Assembly: GCA_001775995.1 (NCBI GenBank)
Contig: MEZH01000007.1
Location: 123,761 to 187,760 of the forward strand
From: Candidatus Bathyarchaeota archaeon RBG_16_48_13
GTDB taxonomy: Archaea; Thermoproteota; Bathyarchaeia; RBG-16-48-13
Direction: 5' to 3'
DNA: 64,000 nucleotides
Position 1 is the stretch's first letter. Each line of letters opens with the position of its first letter. This document shows, in pieces, positions 48,132-56,781 of this stretch. The position numbers were made by a program, and so were the translations under genes. The notes beneath the pieces are model-generated. The model saw only the letters and a program-made list of their open reading frames with translations, made no database searches and was not told the DNA's origin.

Positions 48132-48494
48132 TCAACCTATGATTTTTATGTCTGAGTCACTTTGCTTCAGCGCGAAAAGCTCCGGGAGGGTGTAACATCT
48201 GCCTCCGGATTCCAGAATCTTTCTGGTGGCTTCTGTAGAAAAGGAGAGAGCCCCGATTGTAACTGGATGATTTAGAGCACCTGCCCCTAGCACCTTACCT
48301 GGCACCACGACAGTCTCGCCATCTTTTGAAAATCTATTGATCCTGTTCAGATTGATTGCGCGACGGCTTCGTTTAGATTTGTTGATCTGGTCTGCGATCA
48401 CAAGCCATAGATTGGAGTCTGTCTCCTTGGCTGCTTTTTTCAAGAACCGAATTAGTTCTCTCAGTTCCTGACTCTCAAACTCACTTCGGGTCAT
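48132..48494 (-). CDS. rpl18e: 50S ribosomal protein L18e
   Basis: 120-aa basic protein in the canonical position between rpoD and rpl13. 'NLNRINRF...VVVPGKVLGAG' pattern. Confidence 0.8.
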   Translation of the reverse strand: MTRSEFESQELRELIRFLKKAAKETDSNLWLVIADQINKSKRSRRAINLNRINRFSKDGETVVVPGKVLGAGALNHPVTIGALSFSTEATRKILESGGRCYTLPELFALKQSDSDIKIIG

Positions 48495-49312
48495 TCTGGG
48501 TCCTCCTTGAGGGAAAGCAAATCCACAAAATCCTCGGATTTCTTCGCTAGAATCCTTGAGGCTTCGGTTAGGAGTCGCTCCATCGAAAGACTACCGTTTG
48601 ACTCTATCTGGAATATAAAGACATTCTGTTCCGGTTCTACCTCAATTCCTGCCACTTCTTTCGGGCATGACTTTACACAATCGCCGCAAAGGTCGCAAAC
48701 AACAACGTTTTCAATCAAAAGTTTCTTGCCCTTGACCTGCAAAACTCTCTTTGAGCAAGCTTCCACGCACTCACCACAGGCATCACACGTTTTGGTGTTG
48801 ACCGATATCTTAGGATAGTAACGGTATGTGCAAGCTGAAACTGGTTGCCATTTTGCATAATCCTTTCCTATGCCAAGTTGCGCATATGCCTCCAATTTGA
48901 CCTTCTGGTCAGAGGCAAGTTTCAGTATTGGAATCTCCCCCGAAACCGGAATTATGCCAGGATTATCAGATTTCAATTCGTTTGAGTATACGGTTCTTAC
49001 ACCTTCTGTGGCCTCAACATCGAAAGTCATGGTGACCCTACACTTGGAGCAACCAAGCTCACTCTTACAGGTACAGTCTTTCGGTAGAACGTAAGAATCC
49101 AGATCAGTCTTGAGAGGGATCAACCCTAGTCGATGAGCTAGCATTTCATCATACATGGATGAGGTGTTCTCTATGATGATTACATGGTCAATTGCCATCA
49201 CCGGGACTTCCGAGATCATTATTCTTCTAAGGGCATTTACGAAGGCCGTAGGAACACCACGAAGAACTAGCAGTACGGATGTCTCCGTTTTTTGTAGGAT
49301 TTCTATTTCCAA
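48491..49312 (-). CDS. rpoD: DNA-directed RNA polymerase subunit D (Rpo3) with 4Fe-4S cluster domain
   Basis: Rpb3-like dimerisation domain plus ferredoxin-like 'CDACGECVEAC...CDLCGDCVKSCP'. Confidence 0.85.
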   Translation of the reverse strand: MEIEILQKTETSVLLVLRGVPTAFVNALRRIMISEVPVMAIDHVIIIENTSSMYDEMLAHRLGLIPLKTDLDSYVLPKDCTCKSELGCSKCRVTMTFDVEATEGVRTVYSNELKSDNPGIIPVSGEIPILKLASDQKVKLEAYAQLGIGKDYAKWQPVSACTYRYYPKISVNTKTCDACGECVEACSKRVLQVKGKKLLIENVVVCDLCGDCVKSCPKEVAGIEVEPEQNVFIFQIESNGSLSMERLLTEASRILAKKSEDFVDLLSLKEDPE

Positions 49313-49339
49313 GAATCTTATACCATCCCAAGTGGTTCG

Positions 49340-49738
49340 CTAGACCCTTCTTCCTCTTCTTCCGCCGGGTCTTCTTGTGCCATCGTGAGGAATTGGAGTT
49401 ACTTCTTCTATTCTACCTATTCTCAACCCGGCTCGAGCAAGAGCCCTGATAGCTGCTTGGGCGCCTGGCCCAGGTGTTTTCGGTCCAACTCCTCCAGGAG
49501 CTCTGACCTTGATATGGATGGCAGTAATTCCTTTGTCTTTGGCTATTTGGGAGGCGTGAGACGCTGCTTGCATTGCTGCATATGGGGATGATTCGAAACG
49601 ATCGGCTTTGACGAACATGCCGCCTGAGCATCTGGCGATAGTCTCAGCCCCAGTAATATCAGTCATGTGTATTATGGTGTTATTGTAGGAACTGAAAACG
49701 TGGGCCACGGCCCACTTCTCTTGTTTTTTCTCAGCCAA
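49340..49738 (-). CDS. rps11: 30S ribosomal protein S11 (uS11)
   Basis: '[21 protein letters not shown]' and '[25 protein letters not shown]'. Confidence 0.9.
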   Translation of the reverse strand: MAEKKQEKWAVAHVFSSYNNTIIHMTDITGAETIARCSGGMFVKADRFESSPYAAMQAASHASQIAKDKGITAIHIKVRAPGGVGPKTPGPGAQAAIRALARAGLRIGRIEEVTPIPHDGTRRPGGRRGRRV

Positions 49739-49744
49739 CTCGAA

Positions 49745-50317
49745 TTACCTCCTGCGAAAACGTTCTCTCTCCATTCTGGGCGGGGCAGGTGCAGGCCGGA
49801 CCCTTGGGGCCACGTGAATAGGATGTTCAGGTGCCCTCAACCGACTTAAGGAGCTGTAAGCCACGGCCTTCTCATCTTCCTTTGAAACAAGATAACTCGG
49901 AGAGGTTACTACTTTGCGCCCTATGCTTATATGCCCGTGATTTATCAGCTGCCGAGACTGATTCAATGATATGGCCAACCCAAGTTTGAAGACTTGGGTT
50001 TGGAGCCTCCTTTCCAGAATGTTTTCCAAGGTGAGATCAAGGACGTTGTCGAGTGTTGCGTTTTCTGGAACAATCGCCAGATTGCCAAGCCTACCTAGAA
50101 GCTCTCCCTCGGAGTTCTTCCGATCCTCGGGAGATTTTGATAGAAGGGATCGGGCTTTTTCTCTGAATTGTGAGAGAGCTGTTCGATGGCGCCATATCTC
50201 TCTTTTGTTTCTCAGACCGAATTCTCCGAGGGTTCTGAGATCGGTGTCCAGAAGGTCTTTGCGCCATCTATATCTTGGAGTTACGAATTTCTTTCTTTGT
50301 TTCTTAGGGTCGCCCAA
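49745..50317 (-). CDS. rps4: 30S ribosomal protein S4 (uS4)
   Basis: 'LENILERRLQTQVFKLGLA' S4 RNA-binding domain and basic N-terminus. Confidence 0.85.
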   Translation of the reverse strand: MGDPKKQRKKFVTPRYRWRKDLLDTDLRTLGEFGLRNKREIWRHRTALSQFREKARSLLSKSPEDRKNSEGELLGRLGNLAIVPENATLDNVLDLTLENILERRLQTQVFKLGLAISLNQSRQLINHGHISIGRKVVTSPSYLVSKEDEKAVAYSSLSRLRAPEHPIHVAPRVRPAPAPPRMERERFRRR

Positions 50318-50320
50318 ATC

Positions 50321-50962
50321 CTACTCTCCCTTCTTTGCTTCTTTTCCGCCCTCTCTTGCCAGAGCGGCCGTCTTGAGCATTTGCTTCTTGACGCCTACGA
50401 CCCTTCCAGATCTTCCAGTGGTCTTGGTTCTCTGACCCCTGACCTTGAGCCCGAGAGAATGGCGAATGCCCTTCCAACTTTTCATGTTTTTCATAAAGTC
50501 TATGTCAGATTTAAGCCGCAGAGTAAGGTCCGGGCCTATCAGATGAATATTATGGCCAGTCTCAAGATCCTTACGACGATTCACCAGAAAAGCAGGAATC
50601 CCTTTATCAGTAGGATTTCGCAAGAATTCCTCAATTTTCTCAATATTATCTTCTGTCAGGTACCCCAATCGCATGTTAGGGTCCAGACCCATCGATTTCA
50701 GTGATGCTTGGGCCAGATTAACATTTACTCCTTTAACTCTACTCAGACCGTAGAGGAGTTTTCTGGAACCATCCAAGTCAGTTCCAAAGATGCGTACTAT
50801 ATGACGATAAGATTCAGACACTGAGAACCTGCTCCTTCTCCTATATGCCATCCCTGTTTTATATATTGCCTGTCTTTCGCGTGCAGAGATAACGAGTTTC
50901 ATCAGCCTCATATTAAAGTTATCGCCAAAGTGACCATTCGGAAAGCGCTTTTGACTGGGCAT
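50321..50962 (-). CDS. rps13: 30S ribosomal protein S13 (uS13)
   Basis: 'YRHIVRIFGTDLDGSRKL...GIRHSLGLKVRGQRTKTTGR'. The true start may be an internal Met at about 50851. Confidence 0.85.
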   Translation of the reverse strand: MPSQKRFPNGHFGDNFNMRLMKLVISARERQAIYKTGMAYRRRSRFSVSESYRHIVRIFGTDLDGSRKLLYGLSRVKGVNVNLAQASLKSMGLDPNMRLGYLTEDNIEKIEEFLRNPTDKGIPAFLVNRRKDLETGHNIHLIGPDLTLRLKSDIDFMKNMKSWKGIRHSLGLKVRGQRTKTTGRSGRVVGVKKQMLKTAALAREGGKEAKKGE

Positions 50963-51022
50963 TCAGAACATACGAATATTATGATATGTCAGGTCGAGCT
51001 CACATATGGCACTCGAATGGTT

Positions 51023-51130
51023 TGGCGCCGGGAGTGGGATTTGAACCCACGTGCCCCGGAGGGGGCACAGGCTTTCCAGGCTTGAGCTGTTAACTTTTAT
51101 CTGCTCCCTACCAGACTAGGAGACCCCGGC
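51023..51130 (-). tRNA. tRNA-Ser(GGA), class II, with 19-nt BHB intron at 29/30 (51082..51100), CCA encoded
   Basis: Acceptor GCCGGGG/TCCCGGC (G7-U wobble), discriminator G. D-stem is 3 bp with an 11-nt D-loop TAGTCTGGTAG. The spliced anticodon stem is CAGGC/GCCTG with loop CTGGAAA. A 17-nt variable-arm hairpin is present, and the T-arm is GTGGGTTCAAATCCCAC. The intron BHB has central helix GAGC/GCUC with each cut 2 nt downstream. Confidence 0.6.
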
Positions 51131-51257
51131 ATGTATTAGTTACTAGTTCTCAACTTTCCTCTCAGGACCAAGTATTTCTGGGTTTCCGAAGATCTTCGTC
51201 GGCGGTTTTGCTTGAGTACTGACTTTACAATGGAGCGGTACAAACATAACATCTTCA

Positions 51258-52293
51258 TCAGCCTTTGTCGTTTTCAGTTTTGCGCGTCTGCCACATCCTG
51301 GGATAGGTTCCAGGTGACATCAGCACCCTCTCTGATTTGGCCGCTATTCCATGATCAAAGTTTAGGATATCATCAGTCGCCATGGCGGCTTTCGCGAGCG
51401 CAACAACTTCGCCCTTCTGAGTAAAGAGCGCAACTTCATCGTTAGCCTTTATATCGCTTTCCAAACTCACCACGCCTGGGACAGCGAGACTTGCCCCATG
51501 GCAGATGGCATCCACTGCAGAATCTCTCAGATAGATCTTGGGTATGAATTTCAAGCAATCTTCCATTGGCCGAACTATGTGTCTCACCTCTTCCTCGTTT
51601 CCTTCCTTCAACCACTTCGAGCAGGCATCTGAAAGGGTCTGCAGTGTAGTGAGAGAACGGTCTTCCACGAAGGGGCCAGTTCTTGTCCTTCGGAGTTCTC
51701 TCATATGAGCGCCGCATCCTAGAACTTCCCCGATATCGTAGCATATCTTCCGAATATACGTGCCTCCTTGACAACTCGTATGAAACAAGACGTGGTTCTG
51801 CGATATCTCCAGAACCTCCAAGCTGTAAATAGTCCTTATTCTGACTTCTCTTTTGACAGAAGAGCGAACGGGAGGCTTCTGATATATTGGTCCGACAAAC
51901 TCTTTGAAGATTCTCCTTATAGCTTCCTCAGATGCCAAGCCATGGAGCCTCATTACACAAACATATTCTTTTCCCGTAAGAAGAAGAGACTGAAGACTTT
52001 TCGTAGCCTCCTCTAAGGCTATCGGTAAGACGCCAGATACGTTGGGGTTTCCTCGACCTTCCCTAGATCTCTAAGGTCCCACCGTGTCCGGCGCGTTCGA
52101 TATTCATAATCCGTTTAACCCAAGCAACAACCTCATGGCTTGTAGGCCCCGGAGGTTTATCCAAATTTATTACACCATACCTGAGGTGGTTTCGAAAAGA
52201 TCTATTCTCAGGCGTACAACCATACTTTGGATCGGTCTCCTCAGATGCCTTAGCCAGGAGGCTGCGCGTGATCTCCCAAGGGGGAGTTGCCAA
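51258..52293 (-). CDS. cbf5: H/ACA snoRNP pseudouridine synthase Cbf5 (TruB family + PUA), interrupted by a 22-nt BHB mRNA intron; join(complement(52071..52293),complement(51258..52048))
   Basis: Exon 1 ends '...INLDKPPGPTSHEVVAWVKRIMNIERAGHGGTL'. Exon 2 continues '(D)PNVSGVLPIALEEATK...KEYVCVMRLHG...YQKPP...' in a different frame. Removing 52049..52070 restores the catalytic 'GHGGTLDPNVSG' motif and a 337-aa protein. Confidence 0.75.
52049..52070 (-). other. Predicted bulge-helix-bulge mRNA intron within cbf5 (AGAUCUAGGGAAGGUCGAGGAA)
   Basis: Fold: exon GGG / CCUU / AG|A / GAUC-loop-GGUC / GAGG / AA|A / CCC exon. This gives two 3-nt bulges separated by a 4-bp helix, with each cut after the second bulge nucleotide. 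Confidence 0.65.
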
Positions 52294-52330
52294 AAACTAT
52301 CCTCCAAATCTCTTATTTTCAGTTTTCAAG

Positions 52331-52651
52331 TCAAGCCTTTGCGGGTCTTATGGGTCTCGCCATCTCTTCAGTCAGGTTGATGGCCTTAAGGGCTACCATG
52401 ACTTTCTGGTCCGACGCACCCTTTTCTAGCTCGATCTTTAGAGTTGTGGGTTCCAGATGCTTCACATTGACCCTTCTCCTCCTCATTTTATTGACCTCCT
52501 TTGGACCTGTGACGAGGACGAAATTCTTGTCGATGACGTCTAAGATAACGCATTTGAGACCCGTTTCTCGGCCGCTTAGTTTGACGCAAACTCTCCCAAT
52601 TTCAATTGTAGGTAATTTCCTCACATCCTGCGGTTCTTTGTGTTGAGACAC
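52331..52651 (-). CDS. rpl14e: 50S ribosomal protein L14e (KOW domain)
   Basis: 'IEIGRVCVKLSGRETGLKCVILDVIDKNFVLVTG' L14e KOW pattern. Confidence 0.8.
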   Translation of the reverse strand: MSQHKEPQDVRKLPTIEIGRVCVKLSGRETGLKCVILDVIDKNFVLVTGPKEVNKMRRRRVNVKHLEPTTLKIELEKGASDQKVMVALKAINLTEEMARPIRPAKA

Positions 52652-53172
52652 TCTTTGATAAGTGTTTTTAGAACTTTGAGATTGGAGTCTACGGAGAGCA
52701 GGGACGTATTGATAACAAGGTCATAGATAGAGTAATCATCCAGATCAAAGTTGTAATATTTCTTGAACCGAGATTTTTCGCTCTCTTCTCTGAGCAGAGT
52801 CACTCGTCGAGCTTCTGAGAATGGGAGGTTATCTCTCTTCGAGATTCTCTGCATACGTATCTTCTCTGGCGCGGTTAAGAAGATTTTGACCGTATCCATG
52901 TTGAGTGTCATCCATGCTGTCAAGAGACCATCGATCACCACAGACCCCTTCTTAGCCTCGGCCTTTGTGACGGCATCGATCAATCTATCTAACTCAGGAT
53001 CGCGCTCAGCCTCTTTCGAAAGGGTTTCCAATGAAAGGTTTCTTTCTTTGGCAACGGAACGGAAGATTGTTCCAGAAGAAACATGCCGAAGGTTGAAATA
53101 ATCAGCCAGAGTCGCTGCGTAGGTTGATTTCCCTGTACCATGCAGACCGCTTATGGTTATTGGTATTCTCAG
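52621..53172 (-). CDS. cmk: Cytidylate kinase (archaeal type)
   Basis: P-loop 'ITISGLHGTGKST' is encoded at 53121..53159. The reading frame opens immediately after the TGA stop of the upstream DUF106 gene, with no ATG/GTG/TTG before the P-loop. Candidate starts are CTG at 53172 or ATA at 53166 or 53160. The track ORF (TTG at 53031) would lack the P-loop. Confidence 0.65.
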   Translation of the reverse strand: MRIPITISGLHGTGKSTYAATLADYFNLRHVSSGTIFRSVAKERNLSLETLSKEAERDPELDRLIDAVTKAEAKKGSVVIDGLLTAWMTLNMDTVKIFLTAPEKIRMQRISKRDNLPFSEARRVTLLREESEKSRFKKYYNFDLDDYSIYDLVINTSLLSVDSNLKVLKTLIKECLNTKNRRM

Positions 53173-53211
53173 ACTCCGTCGTCTCCTGTTGGGGAATTTT
53201 GTATTAGGTTC

Positions 53212-53718
53212 TCAATCGAGCGTAGCGCCAACTAGTTTCTGCAATGGAATAGACGTTGAGAATGAACAGATGACGTACCACCAGTAATAGCTTAGTTGTT
53301 GCCCAATTATAGGCAGCTCAAAAGGCATAACGGCCACAATTGTGGTCGAGTATATGCTACTCAGGATTGCAAAGATTAGGAGAAATGGAATAAAGGTTAC
53401 TGCTGTAATCTTCAGCCTTTGTTTGGAGATAGTAGCTTGAGCTTTGTCAATTTCAGATTTGGTTCGATTCAGCTTTGCCATGAGTTTTCGGTCATTGTTC
53501 TTCTTGGCTTCGTTGAACTCTTTGAACCAAGCCTTGACTTCTTCATTGTAGGACTTCGCAAGTTTCACGTCTACTAGGAAACGGTTAGCCAGAGCCGTGA
53601 CCGCACTGAGAGTTAGCGATAGTAGCAATATGAATATGGTTCCTCCTGGGGGGGTCACTGGTATGTAGAGCCTAAGGAAATCTATTAGAGGATTCAGGAA
53701 ATCGAAAAGCCCAGCCAT
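53212..53718 (-). CDS. DUF106 / EMC3-Oxa1-YidC-like membrane insertase homolog
   Basis: Three-TM topology with a coiled-coil cytosolic loop ('KSYNEEVKAWFKEFNEAKKNNDRKLMAKL'). It is in the conserved secY-adk-DUF106-cmk position. Confidence 0.6.
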   Translation of the reverse strand: MAGLFDFLNPLIDFLRLYIPVTPPGGTIFILLLSLTLSAVTALANRFLVDVKLAKSYNEEVKAWFKEFNEAKKNNDRKLMAKLNRTKSEIDKAQATISKQRLKITAVTFIPFLLIFAILSSIYSTTIVAVMPFELPIIGQQLSYYWWYVICSFSTSIPLQKLVGATLD

Positions 53719-53721
53719 TTC

Positions 53722-54312
53722 TTAGACATCCTCCAGTAGTCTCAGGAATTGAGCGGCGGCAGCATCTTGCTTCCCGTTTAGATTCTTAATGAACTTAGCT
53801 GGAGCGCCAGTGATGACAGAACATGCCGCTGTAGCTGACCTTGAAAAAGCTATCTCAGCTGACAATTGCTCCATAGATGTCTGATCCCGATTCCTTTCCA
53901 TATCCCCGGTTCTTCTGGACAGGATTATTTCTGGTTCTGCTTCAATGACCACTAGCAAAGAGGGTCTTAGGATTGAAAGGATATCGTGTGGTAATGCAGG
54001 CAAATAGCCTTTGTCGGTGCTTATTATCATGTGGGTATCAACAATTACGAAGTCCCAACGATGGGTCATCTTGAATATCTCTTTGGCGGCGTACTCTTGG
54101 AGCTCTTTTTGTTTCTTCACAGAACTGCGCCTTAACTCATCCCGATCTCCGGTCATCCCCAATTTCTTGGCTTTTTCTGTCATAATGCTGCCATATGATA
54201 CTATTGTGACCTTCCTCTTCGCTTTGCTAACTAGATCTCCCAACCTTTTAAGAACGGTTGATTTTCCCACACCTGCTAACCCAACCGCAATTATGATCTT
54301 CCCGTTAACCAT
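53722..54312 (-). CDS. adkA: Adenylate kinase (archaeal AdkA type)
   Basis: 'IIIAVGLAGVGKSTV' P-loop. The ~195-aa size and position after secY fit archaeal AdkA. Confidence 0.8.
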   Translation of the reverse strand: MVNGKIIIAVGLAGVGKSTVLKRLGDLVSKAKRKVTIVSYGSIMTEKAKKLGMTGDRDELRRSSVKKQKELQEYAAKEIFKMTHRWDFVIVDTHMIISTDKGYLPALPHDILSILRPSLLVVIEAEPEIILSRRTGDMERNRDQTSMEQLSAEIAFSRSATAACSVITGAPAKFIKNLNGKQDAAAAQFLRLLEDV

Positions 54313-54368
54313 ATTCAGTTTCTTCCCGTTCTGGACATTATCCAGAGGTTTCTGATCATAACTCTCTT

Positions 54369-55787
54369 CTATTCACCCAAGAATTGCCTTATGGCTGGAT
54401 GCATTTCGGCCATTCTCTCCTTGGCGAGAGACTGGTAGTACTGATATAAGATGCCGACAAGGAGGAGTATCCCCGTGCCACTTCCATAGACATTTGTAAG
54501 ATCACCCAATGCTGCTATGGCTCCTACGGCTCCTCCACCTAAGACCGTGACTGCCGGAATATAGCGGTCCAGAATGGTCTTGATTTGTTGCTCAGATCTT
54601 CTGAATCCAGGTATTTGCATCCCTGCGTCCATCAACTGTTTTGCCACTGTACGCGAGTCGAGACCCCCGACTTGGAGCCAAGTAAGCGCAAACAAAACGC
54701 TGAGTCCAATTAGGATCATTACAAAGATTATTGCTCTCAATGGATCAGTGACCAAAATGGCTATGTCACGTGGAGGCGTCGTATAGTAGGCGAGACCGCC
54801 CAAGGGTTGGGGCGTTGAAGCCGTCGCGTTGAATGTTCCGATAAGATTCAACCAGAAGTTGTCGTTATTTCTATTGAAGTTGTACCATATGAGTTCGGAA
54901 AAGAAGTAAATATTGGCGAAGAGAGCAGATGCCAGGATCACGGGTATGTTAGATACGTAAAGGAACTTAACGGGAAATCGGCTGCGGTATCCCCTATATT
55001 TGGCATACGCTAAGGGGAGTTCTACTCTCACTCCTTCCAGGTAGATGACCACAAGAAAGATTGCTATTGTCGTCATGAAACCTATCATGTCTGGCAGTCC
55101 GCCGGATCTGTGAATGATTGACCATAATCCTTCACCCTTCAATATGGATTCGCCTAGGGCTATGAAGCTTCCATAGAGCTTCCCGTCACTCATTGGACCT
55201 ATGGGGGCCAGGCTCTCCCACCATATGCTCTGAGCCACTCCCGCAGCTATGAAGAGGCTTATACCGCTCCCTATGCCCCATTTTTTCTGGACGAGCTCAT
55301 CCATGAGCATAACGAGGATTCCCACAATAATAAGTTGGACAAATATTAGAACTGCTATCTCTACCGTTACTGTCCCGTATGCGCCACCCAGAATGTACGC
55401 GGATGCATTGAAGATCGTCATAACTATTGAGAAAAACTTGCTCGCACTGGTGAATAGCCCTCTCTCTTCAGGATTCGAGAAGTCCACAGAGATTATCTTA
55501 GCGCCTGCCAACAACTGCAGTATGAGTCCGGCAGTGACTATTGGTCCTATCCCGAGCTCCATAAGGGAGCCTCGGCTTGAAGCGAATATTATTCGCATGA
55601 ATTGGAACGGGTCAGTCTGGCCACTTGTTGTGATTCCGTAGAGTGGAATTTGTCCCATGACCAAATAGACGACTAGGACCAACCCGGTCCAGATGAGTTT
55701 CTCGTTAAAGCTTACTTTCCGACCCGGAGCTTTTACCTCAGGCATTATCCTGGCTATTGGTTTGAGTAAATTCAGAAATCGGCCCAT
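54369..55787 (-). CDS. secY: Preprotein translocase subunit SecY
   Basis: 10-TM protein, 472 aa. Contains 'GIGPIVTAGLILQLLAG' TM2 and plug regions. Confidence 0.9.
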   Translation of the reverse strand: MGRFLNLLKPIARIMPEVKAPGRKVSFNEKLIWTGLVLVVYLVMGQIPLYGITTSGQTDPFQFMRIIFASSRGSLMELGIGPIVTAGLILQLLAGAKIISVDFSNPEERGLFTSASKFFSIVMTIFNASAYILGGAYGTVTVEIAVLIFVQLIIVGILVMLMDELVQKKWGIGSGISLFIAAGVAQSIWWESLAPIGPMSDGKLYGSFIALGESILKGEGLWSIIHRSGGLPDMIGFMTTIAIFLVVIYLEGVRVELPLAYAKYRGYRSRFPVKFLYVSNIPVILASALFANIYFFSELIWYNFNRNNDNFWLNLIGTFNATASTPQPLGGLAYYTTPPRDIAILVTDPLRAIIFVMILIGLSVLFALTWLQVGGLDSRTVAKQLMDAGMQIPGFRRSEQQIKTILDRYIPAVTVLGGGAVGAIAALGDLTNVYGSGTGILLLVGILYQYYQSLAKERMAEMHPAIRQFLGE

Positions 55788-55808
55788 ACTCCGGGATTCC
55801 TTCCTAGT

Positions 55809-56249
55809 CTATTCCTTGACGATTATGGCTCCGCCTGCTCCCTCAATCTTCCTCTTGGCGACATCGGAGTACGCAGCTACCTGAACCATGATGGGTCTGG
55901 ATATATTTCCTGCGCCCAGTAGTTTATGATAACCGATCTTTTCCAAGTCGACGTGAGTCTTTCCTTCCTTCTCTTCCGCTAGGCCTTTTTTGATCAGCAT
56001 ACTCATTGCATCGGCCAGGGCTCCAACATTCACGACGTTAATTTCTCGTGTTACAGTTCGACGATTCCTGAAAGTATGTTTTCCGAACCGGTTCGGATCG
56101 TATTTTATTGTATAAGTCCAATCAGTCCCCATACCCCCAGCCTTTCCCATACCTCCTTTTTGACCATGCTTTCTGTGCTGTCCTACCTGACCGTATCCTA
56201 CGGTCCTAGTTCCTCTCAATCTTCTGATTTTTCTGCGTTTATGAGCCAT
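55809..56249 (-). CDS. rpl15: 50S ribosomal protein L15 (uL15)
   Basis: 'KIRRLRGTRTVGYGQVGQHRKHGQKGG' glycine/basic-rich N-terminus. Confidence 0.85.
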   Translation of the reverse strand: MAHKRRKIRRLRGTRTVGYGQVGQHRKHGQKGGMGKAGGMGTDWTYTIKYDPNRFGKHTFRNRRTVTREINVVNVGALADAMSMLIKKGLAEEKEGKTHVDLEKIGYHKLLGAGNISRPIMVQVAAYSDVAKRKIEGAGGAIIVKE

Positions 56250-56295
56250 GTAATCCCTCTCGTGAGCATAATACTCTCCCGGGAAGCAAGCGCCA

Positions 56296-56775
56296 TCATA
56301 TCATGATTTGGGCGAGGTTGTTGATCTCTTCGCCTCTGTAACCCAGCTCACCCTTTTCGCCGACGGATCGCTTCGTTCCTCCCTTAAAGCCTCCTTTCGG
56401 TGGGTGAAGACGAAATACAGGTTTCATCTTGTGAAGCTTTGAAAGTTCGAGTTTCACATTGAATATGTCTTCTGCCAGATCCTCGATGGAGTTGTAGCCC
56501 AATTCCTTGATGATTTCATTGTTGAACCTTCTCCCAGCCGACAGTCGGCCTCTCTTCTTGATAAGCTCCATAATTGTCTCTTTGGATATCTCACCCCATG
56601 TCACGACATCCTTCACCTTGTTGAGCATGCCCAAGTACTCGGGTCTATTGTTTATGATGACCGCATGGTTCACCCTAGTGAGATGCAACATCCCAAGAGT
56701 ATCCTCGACTTCCCTCTTTAGATTAACTTCTCCTCTCAGTCTTATGACAAAGAGACATTGATAGTTATGTTCCAT
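56296..56775 (-). CDS. rpl30: 50S ribosomal protein L30 (uL30)
   Basis: 'LFVIRLRGEVNLKREVEDTLGMLHLTRVNHAVII' uL30 ferredoxin-like domain. Confidence 0.85.
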   Translation of the reverse strand: MEHNYQCLFVIRLRGEVNLKREVEDTLGMLHLTRVNHAVIINNRPEYLGMLNKVKDVVTWGEISKETIMELIKKRGRLSAGRRFNNEIIKELGYNSIEDLAEDIFNVKLELSKLHKMKPVFRLHPPKGGFKGGTKRSVGEKGELGYRGEEINNLAQIMI

Positions 56776-56781
56776 GGGTTC

